Shown piece after piece: positions 14,141 through 27,610 of a DNA stretch of 64,000 nucleotides (position 1 is the first letter of the stretch; the number at the start of each line of letters is the position of its first letter). The translations under genes were made by a program, and so were the position numbers. The notes beneath the pieces were generated by a model, which worked only from the letters and a program-made list of their open reading frames with translations, searched no databases and was not told where the DNA came from. Source of the DNA: Escherichia coli (GTDB lineage: Bacteria > Pseudomonadota > Gammaproteobacteria > Enterobacterales > Enterobacteriaceae); the NCBI RefSeq assembly GCF_003334315.1, contig NZ_QOWR01000023.1. One strand, written 5' to 3'.

Positions 14141-14965
14141 CTATTTCTTCTCTGTAATTTTTACACTGTTTTCCAACTGCTTGATGCTGACCTGCGGGGT
14201 CGGCAACTCCTCAGGCATGGTTCCGCCAAGTTCCTGAATGGTTTGCCTCACCTTGCGACCCACGTCAAAGTGTGTGGTGTTTGCTTGCTGTTTTGAATTC
14301 ACGCCATCCCGCTTGAGTTTTTCTTCTGTTTGGGTAGCTCGAAAGAGATTAGCCGCCAGTTCTGTTGAACCCATATGATCCAGGATCTTCTGACTCTTTT
14401 TCAGCCCCTTCAGTTGGTGGATGGCTTTCTGATCTAATCCACCATACAGCCCCCGGTAACCATGATTCTGAAATATGGCGAAATCGATAGCTGTCGCTCC
14501 CCCAGCTTGCTGCGCTGCCTCAACCAATTGTTTGTTATGTTCTTTCAATTCATTTCTCAGAAAAAGACGCTTTTCGTCTTCACGAAGTTGCCTGAAAGCT
14601 TCATCGTCAGCCAGCTCCTGCCGTCGGGTCTGGATAGCAAAATAAGTTTGCCCTGCCGCAATAACCGGTTTCGCAGGGTCGCCGTTTTGTACTACCAGGT
14701 AACAGGCATAGCGGGAGAGATGAACATCTTCAAGTTCTCGTTGAGCCCCTGAACCTAATACAACCATTTTGGTGGTTTCAACGAAATGGTCAGATGCAGC
14801 TTGATTGCTGGCTTCGCACGCTTGAGTCGCGCGGGCCAGTACCTTTTGAAAATTGCGCCAGTCCCGATAATCCAGTAACGGTGCCAATTCTCTAGCTGAC
14901 CAAAATTCTTGCCCTTCAGTGCCATAATGCCGTATTTCTTCAAAAGGTTGATGATGTTCGTTCAT
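14141..14965 (-). CDS. dinD: DNA-damage-inducible protein D
   Basis: ORF track 14141..14977; start trimmed to MNEHHQPFEEIRHYG (274 aa); a LexA box lies just upstream. Confidence 0.9.
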   Translation of the reverse strand: MNEHHQPFEEIRHYGTEGQEFWSARELAPLLDYRDWRNFQKVLARATQACEASNQAASDHFVETTKMVVLGSGAQRELEDVHLSRYACYLVVQNGDPAKPVIAAGQTYFAIQTRRQELADDEAFRQLREDEKRLFLRNELKEHNKQLVEAAQQAGGATAIDFAIFQNHGYRGLYGGLDQKAIHQLKGLKKSQKILDHMGSTELAANLFRATQTEEKLKRDGVNSKQQANTTHFDVGRKVRQTIQELGGTMPEELPTPQVSIKQLENSVKITEKK

Positions 14966-15010
14966 TGCCCACTCCATGTGATATCGATTGCAAAGAAAGT
15001 AAATCTGTAA

Positions 15011-15026
15011 CTGTATTTATATACAG
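15011..15026 (-). promoter_or_regulatory. LexA (SOS) operator upstream of dinD
   Basis: ctgtatttatatacag fits CTGT-N8-ACAG exactly, 46-61 bp upstream of the dinD start. Confidence 0.8.
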
Positions 15027-15185
15027 TTGTGAGTATCTCACGTTCTCAGTGTGCTGGGCAAAAAAACATCGCAAAATCTGGAGCAGGCACGCAAAACAGA
15101 ATTGAAGTTGCGGGGAAGAAAAATGCCGCTCTGTTTGAGTGGGCGGCATTTGTGAAGGCTGAAAAGTAAGAATTAGTGTTACGAG

Positions 15186-16049
15186 TTACTCAATATTCTG
15201 AATCTGCTCGCGCATCTGCTCAATCAACACTTTCAGCTCGATGGCGGAGTTTGTCACTTCGGCATTGATAGATTTCGACGCAAGAGTGTTCGACTCGCGG
15301 TTGAATTCCTGCATCATAAAGTCCAGACGACGACCAACGGCTTCTTTTTTCTTCAGAATGTTGTAGGTCTCTTTGACATGCGCTTCCAGGCGGTCCAGTT
15401 CTTCGGCAACGTCAATTCGTTGTGCCAGCAGAACCAACTCCTGCTCCAGACGGTTGTTTTCCAACTGAACCTGAGCATCTTCCAGCTTCGCGACCAGACG
15501 CTCACGCTGCCATTGCAGGATTTCCGGCATATGGGCGCGGACTTTGACCACTTCGGCGGTGACGCCTTCCAGACGCTGCTCGATCAATGCTTTCAGTGCC
15601 TGACCTTCGGTTTCGCGCGCGACAATAAAGTCGTCCAGCGTACCATCCAGCGCCGCGAGAATTTCAGCGGCAATGGCGTCGAGATCCTGCTCCTGGGCTG
15701 CCATCACGCCCGGCCAGCGCAGAATATCAACCGGGTTGATTTCCCCTTCGTCACTCTGCATTTTTACCCAGTTCGCGGCAGTTACCAGCTGTTTAGCCAG
15801 TTTTTCATTGAGGATCAGCTCACCTTGTGCGCTAACATCTGGCTCATAGCGCAGGGTACATTCCACTTTACCGCGCGTCAGGCGAGAACGAATACGCTCG
15901 CGAACGACAGGTTCAAGGCTACGGAACTGCTCCGGCAGACGAAAGTAAGTTTCCAGATAACGCTGGTTTACCGAGCGCATTTCCCAGGTTGCGCTCCCCC
16001 ATTCACCCTTGATTTCACGCCGGGCGTAGGCGGTCATACTGCGGATCAT
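15186..16049 (-). CDS. yicC: YicC-family stress-induced protein (UPF0701)
   Basis: 287-aa ORF MIRSMTAYARREIKGEWGSATWEMRSVN. Confidence 0.92.
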   Translation of the reverse strand: MIRSMTAYARREIKGEWGSATWEMRSVNQRYLETYFRLPEQFRSLEPVVRERIRSRLTRGKVECTLRYEPDVSAQGELILNEKLAKQLVTAANWVKMQSDEGEINPVDILRWPGVMAAQEQDLDAIAAEILAALDGTLDDFIVARETEGQALKALIEQRLEGVTAEVVKVRAHMPEILQWQRERLVAKLEDAQVQLENNRLEQELVLLAQRIDVAEELDRLEAHVKETYNILKKKEAVGRRLDFMMQEFNRESNTLASKSINAEVTNSAIELKVLIEQMREQIQNIE

Positions 16050-16175
16050 AGACGTTCCTGTTTATAAAAGGAGAGGTGGAAGGATTATAGCCATCGATGC
16101 CTTGTCAGGATAGGAATAACCGCCGGAAGTCCGTATAATGCGCAGCCACATTTGTTTCAAGCCGGAGATTTCAAT

Positions 16176-16892
16176 ATGCGTCCAGCAGGCCGTAGCAATA
16201 ATCAGGTGCGTCCCGTTACCCTGACTCGTAACTATACAAAACATGCAGAAGGCTCGGTGCTGGTCGAATTTGGCGATACCAAAGTGTTGTGTACCGCCTC
16301 TATTGAAGAAGGCGTGCCGCGCTTCCTGAAAGGTCAGGGCCAGGGCTGGATCACCGCAGAGTACGGCATGCTGCCACGTTCTACCCACACCCGTAACGCT
16401 CGTGAAGCGGCGAAAGGTAAGCAGAGTGGACGCACAATGGAAATCCAGCGTCTGATCGCCCGTGCTCTTCGCGCGGCAGTAGATTTGAAAGCGCTGGGTG
16501 AGTTCACCATTACGCTGGACTGCGACGTGCTTCAGGCTGATGGTGGCACGCGTACCGCGTCGATTACGGGTGCCTGCGTGGCGCTGGCAGATGCGCTACA
16601 GAAGCTGGTGGAAAACGGCAAGCTGAAAACCAACCCGATGAAAGGGATGGTAGCCGCAGTTTCTGTCGGTATTGTAAACGGTGAAGCAATTTGCGATCTG
16701 GAATACGTTGAAGACTCAGCCGCAGAGACCGACATGAACGTAGTGATGACCGAAGACGGGCGCATCATTGAAGTGCAGGGGACGGCAGAAGGCGAGCCGT
16801 TCACCCATGAAGAGCTACTCACCTTGTTGGCGCTGGCCCGAGGGGGAATCGAATCCATTGTAGCGACGCAGAAGGCGGCGCTGGCAAACTGA
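16176..16892 (+). CDS. rph: ribonuclease PH, full length (238 aa)
   Basis: ORF track 16152..16892; start trimmed to [14 protein letters not shown]; reads through to ...[16 protein letters not shown] without a frameshift. Confidence 0.93.
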   Translation: MRPAGRSNNQVRPVTLTRNYTKHAEGSVLVEFGDTKVLCTASIEEGVPRFLKGQGQGWITAEYGMLPRSTHTRNAREAAKGKQSGRTMEIQRLIARALRAAVDLKALGEFTITLDCDVLQADGGTRTASITGACVALADALQKLVENGKLKTNPMKGMVAAVSVGIVNGEAICDLEYVEDSAAETDMNVVMTEDGRIIEVQGTAEGEPFTHEELLTLLALARGGIESIVATQKAALAN

Positions 16893-16898
16893 TTTTTA

Positions 16899-16925
16899 AG
16901 GCGACTGATGAGTCGCCTTTTTTTT
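16899..16925 (+). terminator. rph-pyrE intercistronic attenuator/terminator hairpin
   Basis: Stem gcgact / agtcgcc with loop gatg followed by a run of 8 T, between the rph stop and the pyrE start. Confidence 0.8.
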
Positions 16926-16957
16926 GTCTGTAGAAAAGTAAGATGAGGAGCGAAGGC

Positions 16958-17599
16958 ATGAAACCATATCAGCGCCAGTTTATTGAATTTGCGCTTAGCA
17001 AGCAGGTGTTAAAGTTTGGCGAGTTTACGCTGAAATCCGGGCGCAAAAGCCCCTATTTCTTCAACGCCGGGCTGTTTAATACCGGGCGCGATCTGGCACT
17101 GTTAGGCCGTTTTTACGCTGAAGCGTTGGTGGATTCCGGCATTGAGTTCGATCTGCTGTTTGGCCCTGCTTACAAAGGGATCCCGATTGCCACCACAACC
17201 GCCGTGGCGTTGGCGGAGCATCATGACTTGGACCTGCCGTACTGCTTTAACCGCAAAGAGGCAAAAGACCACGGTGAAGGCGGCAATCTGGTTGGTAGCG
17301 CGTTACAAGGACGCGTAATGCTGGTAGATGATGTGATCACCGCCGGAACGGCGATTCGCGAATCGATGGAGATTATTCAGGCTAATGGCGCGACGCTTGC
17401 TGGCGTATTGATTTCGCTTGATCGTCAGGAACGGGGGCGCGGCGAGATTTCGGCGATTCAGGAAGTTGAGCGTGATTACAACTGCAAAGTGATCTCTATC
17501 ATCACCCTGAAAGATCTGATTGCCTATCTGGAAGAGAAGCCGGAAATGGCGGAACATCTGGCGGCGGTTAAGGCCTATCGCGAAGAGTTTGGCGTTTAA
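16958..17599 (+). CDS. pyrE: orotate phosphoribosyltransferase
   Basis: ORF track 16943..17599; start trimmed to [29 protein letters not shown] (213 aa). Confidence 0.95.
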
Positions 17600-17606
17600 A
17601 GAAACT

Positions 17607-17630
17607 CGCCGGATGAAAAGTCATCCGGCG
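17607..17630. terminator. perfect 10-bp inverted repeat between convergent pyrE and slmA (probable bidirectional terminator)
   Basis: cgccggatga-aaag-tcatccggcg. Confidence 0.5.
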
Positions 17631-17635
17631 TCATA

Positions 17636-18232
17636 TTACTGCAACTGCGCGGCAATTAGCGGCCAGCGGGCGTCAAAATCATCCGTCGGGCGGTATTTAA
17701 ATTCGCTGCGGACAAAACGTGACAGCATACCTTCACAGAAGGCCAGGATCTGGCTTGCCAGCAGGGTTTCATCGGTGGTGTAACCTTCACCCTCACGCAT
17801 TCTCTTTTCACGCAATACCTGACGCAGCTGCGCTTCAATACGCTCGAACAGCTGGTTGATACGCCCTTGCAGGCGATCCTGTTCAAACATCAGCGCATGA
17901 CCAGTGAGGATGCGGGTCAGGCCAGGATTACGCTCACCAAAACCGAGAAGCAGCAACACAATCAGACGCAGGCGCGCTGTGGTGTCTTTCTCATCTTTCA
18001 GAATCAGGTTGATGCGAGTAATCAGGCTATCTTCGATAAACTCAATCAGGCTATCGAACATGCGGGTCTTACTGGGGAAGTGGCGATACAGTGCCGCTTC
18101 GGAAACGCCGACAGAGGCGGCCAGTTTTGCCGTCGTGATACGTTGGCTTCCATCGCTGGATTCCAGCATCAGCGCCAGAGACTGAAGTATTTCCTCGCGA
18201 CGGTTCCTTTTCGCAGTTTGTTTTTCTGCCAT
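17636..18232 (-). CDS. slmA: nucleoid occlusion factor SlmA (TetR family)
   Basis: ORF track 17636..18274; start trimmed to [24 protein letters not shown] (198 aa). Confidence 0.93.
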
Positions 18233-18338
18233 GTTACAAAATACCCCTGAAAATAAGCACTTGCCAGGCGGCACCCACGCTATGACCGCAAACGAAATGT
18301 TTGCGGCTATGTTATGACGTTATTCGGATGCGTATGTG

Positions 18339-18797
18339 TTACTGACGACCAGAGTGACCAAAGCCGCCTTCACCGCGGTCGGTGGCGTCGAAATCTTCCA
18401 CCAGATTAAATTCAGCCTGTACTACCGGAACAAAAATCATCTGGGCGATGCGTTCGCCAGGTTGAATGGTGAAGCTGTCCTGACCACGGTTCCAAACGGA
18501 AATCATCAACTGGCCCTGATAGTCAGAATCGATCAATCCTACCAGGTTACCAAGCACGATACCGTGCTTATGTCCCAATCCGGAGCGCGGCAGCATCATT
18601 GCCGCCAGTGAAGGATCGGCAATATGAATCGCCAGCCCGGTCGGAACCAGCGTAGTGTCACCCGGAGCCAGTTCTACGGCGTCGTCGAGACAGGCACGCA
18701 GGTCAAGTCCGGCAGAGCCAGAGGTGGCATAAGTCGGGAGCGGAAATTCCTTCCCAACGCGCGGGTCCAGAATCTTAACGTCGATTTTTTTCATCAT
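18339..18797 (-). CDS. dut: dUTP diphosphatase
   Basis: [38 protein letters not shown]; the true start may be the second Met (18794). Confidence 0.95.
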
Positions 18798-19995
18798 AAC
18801 GGGTCACGATCTCGTCGAGTAATAATTGGCCAAGGAGCTCTTTGCGCTCAAGCGGTAAGACTTTATCTCCGTCCTGCCAGAAAAGGTGTAATGCGTTGTT
18901 GTCGCTGTTAAATCCTTGAGTTGGCTGGGAAACATCGTTCGCGCAGATCAGATCAAGGTTTTTACGGATACGTTTTTGCCGGGCGTATTCTTCCACATTA
19001 TTTGTTTCGGCGGCAAATCCAACGACGTAGGGTCGATGGTCTTTTAGTGCGGCAACGCCTGCGACGATATCGGGGTTTTTAACCATTTTTATTGTTAATT
19101 CATCACCCTGCGTGGCCTGCTTTTTGATTTTTTCTGGGGCCACGGTAGCTGCGCGATAATCCGCCACGGCGGCGCAACCGATAAAAATATTTTGCTGCTG
19201 TACAGAAGCATTCACGGCGGCTTCCATTTCCAGCGCGGTCATCACATCAACACGTTTAACAAACGGTGGCGTCGGTAGTGAAACCGGACCTGATACCAGC
19301 GTGACGTTCGCGCCACGACGGGCAGCGGCGGCGGCGATAGCAAAACCCATCTTGCCGGAGCTGTGATTAGAGATATAACGCACCGGATCGAGCGGTTCAC
19401 GCGTCGGGCCGGTGGTAATCATAATGTTCAGATGTTTCAGGTCGTTGACGGGCGAAAAATGCGCTACCGCCATATCCACAATGGTTAATGGATCGAGCAT
19501 TCGCCCTGGGCCGATATCACCACAAGCCTGACTGCCACTGTCTGGCCCCCAGATCAGCAAACCACGGGAAGCAAGCACCTCTAAATTATGCTGCGTGGCA
19601 GCGGCACGGTACATCTGCTGGTTCATGGCGGGGAGCACGGCTACAGGCGCAGGTGTAGCCAGACAAATCGTCGATACCAGGTCATTCGCCATTCCGGCAG
19701 CAACACGGGCAATCAAATCTGCCGTGGCAGGGGCGAGAATCACTAAATCAGCCCATTTACCCAGCTCAATATGGCCCATAGCGGCTTCGGCTGCCGGGTC
19801 CAGCAGACTGTCGGAAACGGGATAACCAGAAACCGCCTGCAAGCTAAGTGGGGTGATAAAGGCTTTTGCCGCTTCGGTCATGGCTACGCGGACGTCGGCC
19901 CCGCGATCGCGCAAACGACGCACCAGTTCAGGGGTTTTATAGGCAGCAATACCGCCGCTAACGCCGAGAACGATTTTTTTACCGGCCAGGCTCAT
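18775..19995 (-). CDS. coaBC: bifunctional phosphopantothenoylcysteine decarboxylase / synthetase
   Basis: ORF track 18775..20067; start trimmed to [20 protein letters not shown] (406 aa); cat seen at 19993-19995; 3' end overlaps the dut start. Confidence 0.93.
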
Positions 19996-20160
19996 GATGA
20001 TTTTTCCTGTTGGGTGACACCAGAAGTTGGCGATTTTATCACAATACTTTTGTTGTCGTGCCTTCACCTGAGATTCACTTTGCGAGGCTCTTTCCAGGAT
20101 TGAAAACTGGCCGTCGATTTAACGGAACGACTATGACAGGATGCGAGCACCACAAAGGAG

Positions 20161-20835
20161 GTGAAGGTGAAAAACAATGCACAGCTGTTGATGCCGCGCG
20201 AAAAAATGCTGAAGTTTGGTATTAGCGCCTTAACGGATGTCGAGCTGCTGGCGCTATTTCTGCGTACCGGAACGCGCGGTAAAGATGTATTAACCCTGGC
20301 AAAAGAGATGCTGGAGAATTTCGGCTCTCTTTATGGCTTGTTAACCTCTGAATATGAACAATTTAGTGGTGTTCATGGAATTGGCGTAGCGAAATTTGCC
20401 CAGTTAAAGGGGATTGCTGAACTGGCGCGACGTTACTACAACGTGCGGATGCGTGAAGAAAGCCCTTTACTCAGCCCGGAGATGACGCGGGAATTTTTAC
20501 AAAGCCAGCTCACGGGTGAGGAGCGGGAGATCTTTATGGTGATCTTTCTCGACTCCCAACACCGGGTTATAACGCATAGCCGTCTTTTTTCCGGCACGCT
20601 AAACCATGTTGAAGTCCATCCTCGGGAAATTATCCGCGAAGCGATAAAAATAAACGCCTCGGCGCTGATCCTTGCACATAATCATCCTTCGGGTTGTGCT
20701 GAACCCAGTAAAGCGGATAAACTCATTACTGAACGGATAATAAAGAGTTGTCAGTTCATGGATTTACGCGTGCTCGACCATATCGTGATTGGGCGTGGAG
20801 AGTATGTTTCTTTTGCCGAACGCGGCTGGATTTAA
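20161..20835 (+). CDS. radC: RadC-like JAB-domain protein (UPF0758)
   Basis: 224-aa ORF with HxHxxxxxxxxxxD-like motif ([16 protein letters not shown]). Confidence 0.9.
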
Positions 20836-21030
20836 CCCGCTATGCGCGATCCTTCGGGATCTTTGTCTGTTCGGGACTTGAGCACATCGCTGAGTCAGCG
20901 TATACTACGCCACCTTTGAGAATCTCGGGTTTGGCATTTGGGCCTGGCAATCGAGAGTTCACATAGAACTGCGATGACCGGGCTGTAAAGCCTGACGAGG
21001 CGCCAATACCCCATACGAAGCTCGAGCTAA

Positions 21031-21288
<258 letters not shown>

Positions 21289-21305
21289 GTACTTAGAGGA
21301 AATAA

Positions 21306-21476
<171 letters not shown>

Positions 21477-21500
21477 TTCTCGCTTTGATGTAACGAAAAA

Positions 21501-21522
21501 CCTCGCTCCGGCGGGGTTTTTT
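21501..21522 (+). terminator. rho-independent terminator after rpmBG
   Basis: cctcgc-tccg-gcgggg hairpin (one G-U pair) followed by 6 T. Confidence 0.6.
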
Positions 21523-21573
21523 GTTATCTGCTTACCCCCATATTGATTGCATCTGTTCATTCCTGGAGATGCT

Positions 21574-22383
21574 ATGCCTGAATTACCCGAAGTTGAAACC
21601 AGCCGCCGCGGCATAGAACCGCATCTCGTTGGTGCAACCATTCTTCATGCAGTGGTGCGCAACGGACGCTTGCGCTGGCCGGTTTCAGAAGAGATCTACC
21701 GTTTAAGCGACCAACCAGTGCTTAGCGTGCAGCGGCGGGCTAAATATCTGCTGCTGGAGCTGCCTGAGGGCTGGATTATCATTCATTTAGGGATGTCTGG
21801 CAGCCTGCGCATCCTTCCAGAAGAACTTCCCCCTGAAAAGCATGACCATGTGGATTTGGTGATGAGCAACGGCAAAGTGCTGCGCTACACCGATCCGCGC
21901 CGCTTTGGTGCCTGGCTGTGGACCAAAGAGCTGGAAGGGCATAATGTGCTGACCCATCTTGGACCGGAGCCGCTTAGCGACGATTTCAATGGTGAGTATC
22001 TGCATCAGAAGTGCGCGAAGAAAAAAACGGCGATTAAACCGTGGCTGATGGATAACAAGCTGGTGGTAGGGGTAGGGAATATCTATGCCAGCGAATCACT
22101 GTTTGCGGCGGGGATCCATCCGGATCGGCTGGCGTCATCACTGTCGCTGGCAGAGTGTGAATTGTTAGCTCGGGTGATTAAAGCGGTGTTGCTGCGTTCG
22201 ATTGAGCAGGGTGGTACAACGCTGAAAGATTTTCTGCAAAGTGATGGTAAACCGGGCTATTTCGCTCAGGAATTGCAGGTTTACGGGCGAAAAGGTGAGC
22301 CGTGTCGGGTGTGCGGTACGCCGATTGTGGCGACTAAACATGCGCAGCGGGCAACGTTTTATTGTCGGCAGTGCCAGAAGTAA
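21574..22383 (+). CDS. mutM: formamidopyrimidine-DNA glycosylase
   Basis: ORF track 21547..22383; start trimmed to [18 protein letters not shown] (269 aa); C-terminal zinc finger CRVCGTPIV...CRQCQK. Confidence 0.95.
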
Positions 22384-22421
22384 TTCATGCGCGCCGGATG
22401 GCATACCATCCGGCATAAACG

Positions 22422-24186
<1,765 letters not shown>

Positions 24187-24537
24187 AGTAAATAGCTGAC
24201 TTATGGATGTGCTGGGGATTCTATGTATTTAGCTGTGGCTTTACCATTACTTTTCCCGTTTTTGACTTAAATAGCAATTTACCCGCCAATTCTTGCTGAA
24301 CATCTATACTTTTTTTGTATTTTTATGCGATTCATTGATTTCTGCTGTACGTGCAGGAAGGAATCGCAGAGCAACAGTGAAAGAATATGGTTGCTAATGA
24401 TTTTATTTGATTGATTTCTTTATTGAAAATCAACAATGTGCTTAAAAATCATTCGGGTCGGATTGCCGCGAAAGAAGTGATACACTAGCGCGTCAATATC
24501 AGTGCGGTATCAGTATTCAGGTAGCTGTTGAGCCTGG

Positions 24538-24549
24538 GGCGGTAGCGTG
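24538..24549 (+). promoter_or_regulatory. ops / JUMPStart element (RfaH recruitment site) in the waaQ leader
   Basis: GGCGGTAGCGTG at 24538-24549, about 50-95 bp upstream of the candidate waaQ starts. Confidence 0.8.
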
Positions 24550-24598
24550 CTTTTTCTGCTTCACCTTAATCGGATAATCTCAACAAAAAGAGTTACTT

Positions 24599-25657
24599 GT
24601 GGATAAGCCATTTCGAAGAATTTTGCTCATTAAGATGCGTTTTCATGGGGATATGTTATTAACTACTCCCGTCATTAGTTCGCTGAAAAAAAATTACCCT
24701 GACGCAAAAATCGATGTGCTGCTTTATCAGGACACCATCCCGATCCTGTCTGAAAATCCAGAGATTAACGCGCTCTACGGCATAAAAAATAAAAAAGCAA
24801 AAGCCTCAGAAAAAATTGCCAACTTTTTTCATCTCATCAAGGTATTACGTGCCAATAAGTATGACCTTATCGTCAATCTCACCGATCAATGGATGGTTGC
24901 TATACTGGTTCGCTTATTAAATGCCCGTGTGAAAATTTCCCAGGATTATCATCATCGGCAGTCTGCTTTTTGGCGTAAAAGTTTCACCCATTTGGTGCCG
25001 TTGCAGGGTGGAAATGTGGTGGAAAGTAACTTATCCGTGCTGACCCCATTGGGAGTTGATTCGTTGGTGAAGCAGACAACCATGAGTTACCCGCCTGCAA
25101 GCTGGAAACGTATGCGTCGCGAACTTGATCACGCTGGTGTTGGACAAAATTATGTGGTTATCCAACCTACGGCGCGGCAAATCTTCAAATGCTGGGACAA
25201 CGCCAAGTTTTCCGCTGTGATTGATGCCTTACATGCTCGTGGTTATGAAGTTGTTCTGACGTCCGGCCCAGATAAAGACGATCTGGCCTGCGTCAATGAA
25301 ATTGCGCAGGGATGCCAGACGCCACCAGTAACGGCGCTGGCTGGAAAGGTGACCTTCCCGGAACTTGGTGCGTTAATCGATCATGCGCAGCTGTTTATTG
25401 GCGTTGATTCCGCACCGGCGCATATTGCCGCTGCAGTTAATACGCCGCTGATATCGCTGTTTGGTGCGACAGACCATATTTTCTGGCGTCCCTGGTCAAA
25501 TAACATGATTCAATTCTGGGCGGGAGATTACCGGGAAATGCCAACGCGCGATCAGCGTGACCGAAATGAGATGTATCTTTCGGTTATTCCGGCGGCAGAT
25601 GTCATTGCTGCTGTCGATAAATTACTGCCCTCCTCCACGACAGGTACGTCGTTATGA
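24599..25657 (+). CDS. waaQ: LPS heptosyltransferase III
   Basis: GT9-family ORF; start ambiguous between GTG 24599, TTG 24623 and ATG 24635 (MRFHGDMLLTTPVISSLKK...). Confidence 0.9.
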   Translation: MDKPFRRILLIKMRFHGDMLLTTPVISSLKKNYPDAKIDVLLYQDTIPILSENPEINALYGIKNKKAKASEKIANFFHLIKVLRANKYDLIVNLTDQWMVAILVRLLNARVKISQDYHHRQSAFWRKSFTHLVPLQGGNVVESNLSVLTPLGVDSLVKQTTMSYPPASWKRMRRELDHAGVGQNYVVIQPTARQIFKCWDNAKFSAVIDALHARGYEVVLTSGPDKDDLACVNEIAQGCQTPPVTALAGKVTFPELGALIDHAQLFIGVDSAPAHIAAAVNTPLISLFGATDHIFWRPWSNNMIQFWAGDYREMPTRDQRDRNEMYLSVIPAADVIAAVDKLLPSSTTGTSL

Positions 25658-26778
25658 TCGTTGCTTTTTGTTTATATAAATATTTTCCCTTTGGCGGTTT
25701 GCAGCGTGATTTTATGCGTATTGCTCAGACAGTCGCCGCCCGAGGTCATCATGTTCGGGTTTATACCCAGTCGTGGGAAGGCGAATGCCCTGATGTATTT
25801 GAACTGATCAAAGTGCCGGTTAAATCGCATACCAATCACGGGCGCAATGCGGAGTATTTTGCCTGGGTGCAAAAACATTTACGCGAACATCCCGTCGATA
25901 AAGTCGTTGGATTCAACAAAATGCCGGGGCTGGACGTTTATTATGCCGCTGATGTTTGTTATGCCGAGAAAGTAGCGCAGGAAAAAGGCTTTTTCTATCG
26001 CCTGACGTCACGTTATCGCCATTATGCCGCCTTTGAGCGGGCAACCTTCGAACAGGGCAAGCCGACACAGCTGCTGATGCTGACAGATAAGCAAATCGCC
26101 GATTTCCAGAAACATTATCAGACTGAAGCGGAGCGTTTTCATATTCTGCCACCGGGGATTTATCCTGATCGTAAATATAGCCAGCAGCCAGCCAATAGCC
26201 GTGAAATCTTCCGTAAGAAGAATGGAATAACCGAACAACAATATTTATTGTTGCAGGTCGGTTCAGACTTCACGCGTAAAGGTGTCGATCGTTCCATTGA
26301 AGCACTTGCTTCGTTACCGGATTCGCTGCGCCACAACACATTGCTATATGTTGTTGGGCAGGATAAACCGCGAAAATTTGAGGCACTGGCAGAAAAACGC
26401 GGCGTGCGCAGTAATGTTCACTTCTTCTCGGGGCGCAACGATGTCTCGGAATTAATGGCGGCGGCGGATTTATTACTGCATCCTGCCTACCAGGAAGCGG
26501 CGGGAATTGTGCTGCTGGAAGCGATTACTGCAGGATTACCGGTACTAACAACTGCCGTTTGTGGCTATGCGCATTATATTGTCGACGCTAATTGCGGCGA
26601 GGCTATTGCTGAGCCATTCCGCCAGGAAACATTGAATGAGATTTTACGCAAAGCGTTAACGCAATCTTCATTGCGCCAGGCTTGGGCGGAAAATGCGCGA
26701 CATTATGCTGATACACAAGATTTACACAGTCTGCCAGAGAAAGCGGCGGATATCATAACGGGTGGTCTGGATGGTTGA
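25654..26778 (+). CDS. waaG: LPS core glucosyltransferase I (GT4)
   Basis: 374-aa [28 protein letters not shown]; start overlaps the waaQ stop. Confidence 0.95.
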   Translation: MIVAFCLYKYFPFGGLQRDFMRIAQTVAARGHHVRVYTQSWEGECPDVFELIKVPVKSHTNHGRNAEYFAWVQKHLREHPVDKVVGFNKMPGLDVYYAADVCYAEKVAQEKGFFYRLTSRYRHYAAFERATFEQGKPTQLLMLTDKQIADFQKHYQTEAERFHILPPGIYPDRKYSQQPANSREIFRKKNGITEQQYLLLQVGSDFTRKGVDRSIEALASLPDSLRHNTLLYVVGQDKPRKFEALAEKRGVRSNVHFFSGRNDVSELMAAADLLLHPAYQEAAGIVLLEAITAGLPVLTTAVCGYAHYIVDANCGEAIAEPFRQETLNEILRKALTQSSLRQAWAENARHYADTQDLHSLPEKAADIITGGLDG

Positions 26779-27568
26779 ACTTAAAGAGCCGTTTGCCACG
26801 TTATGGCGCGGCAAAGATCCTTTTGAGGAAGTTAAAACCTTGCAGGGTGAGGTATTTCGTGAACTGGAAACTCGCCGTACTCTGCGCTTTGAAATGGCGG
26901 GCAAAAGCTATTTTCTCAAATGGCATCGCGGCACGACCCTGAAAGAGGTAATCAAAAATTTACTCTCATTGCGGATGCCAGTATTAGGCGCTGACCGCGA
27001 ATGGAATGCGATTCATCGACTGCGGGATGTCGGCGTTGATACTATGTATGGGGTGGCATTCGGCGAAAAAGGCATGAATCCGCTGACCAGAACCTCGTTT
27101 ATTATTACCGAAGATCTGACACCAACCATAAGTCTGGAAGATTACTGTGCTGACTGGGCGACCAACCCACCAGATGTTCGCGTAAAGCGTATGCTTATTA
27201 AGCGTGTCGCGACGATGGTGCGCGATATGCATGCTGCGGGCATTAATCACCGTGACTGTTATATCTGTCATTTCCTGCTGCACTTGCCTTTTTCCGGTAA
27301 GGAAGAGGAGTTAAAAATTTCGGTAATTGACCTGCACCGGGCGCAGCTTCGCACGCGCGTTCCACGTCGTTGGCGCGATAAAGATCTTATTGGACTTTAT
27401 TTTTCTTCGATGAATATTGGCCTGACTCAGCGGGATATCTGGCGGTTTATGAAGGTGTATTTTGCCGCTCCGCTTAAAGACATTCTCAAGCAGGAACAAG
27501 GACTGCTGTTGCAAGCAGAAGCAAAAGCCACAAAAATCAGGGAAAGAACGATTCGAAAATCGTTGTAA
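26771..27568 (+). CDS. waaP: LPS core heptose(I) kinase
   Basis: ORF track 26762..27568; start trimmed to [21 protein letters not shown] (265 aa). Confidence 0.93.
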   Translation: MVELKEPFATLWRGKDPFEEVKTLQGEVFRELETRRTLRFEMAGKSYFLKWHRGTTLKEVIKNLLSLRMPVLGADREWNAIHRLRDVGVDTMYGVAFGEKGMNPLTRTSFIITEDLTPTISLEDYCADWATNPPDVRVKRMLIKRVATMVRDMHAAGINHRDCYICHFLLHLPFSGKEEELKISVIDLHRAQLRTRVPRRWRDKDLIGLYFSSMNIGLTQRDIWRFMKVYFAAPLKDILKQEQGLLLQAEAKATKIRERTIRKSL

Positions 27569-27610
27569 CCCGTAACTTATTTTTGCCAAAATTTTGGATA
27601 CAGAATAAAT

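Noticed and set aside
15378-16067. 229-aa plus-strand ORF
   Set aside because: Antisense to yicC, which is the conserved gene at this position.
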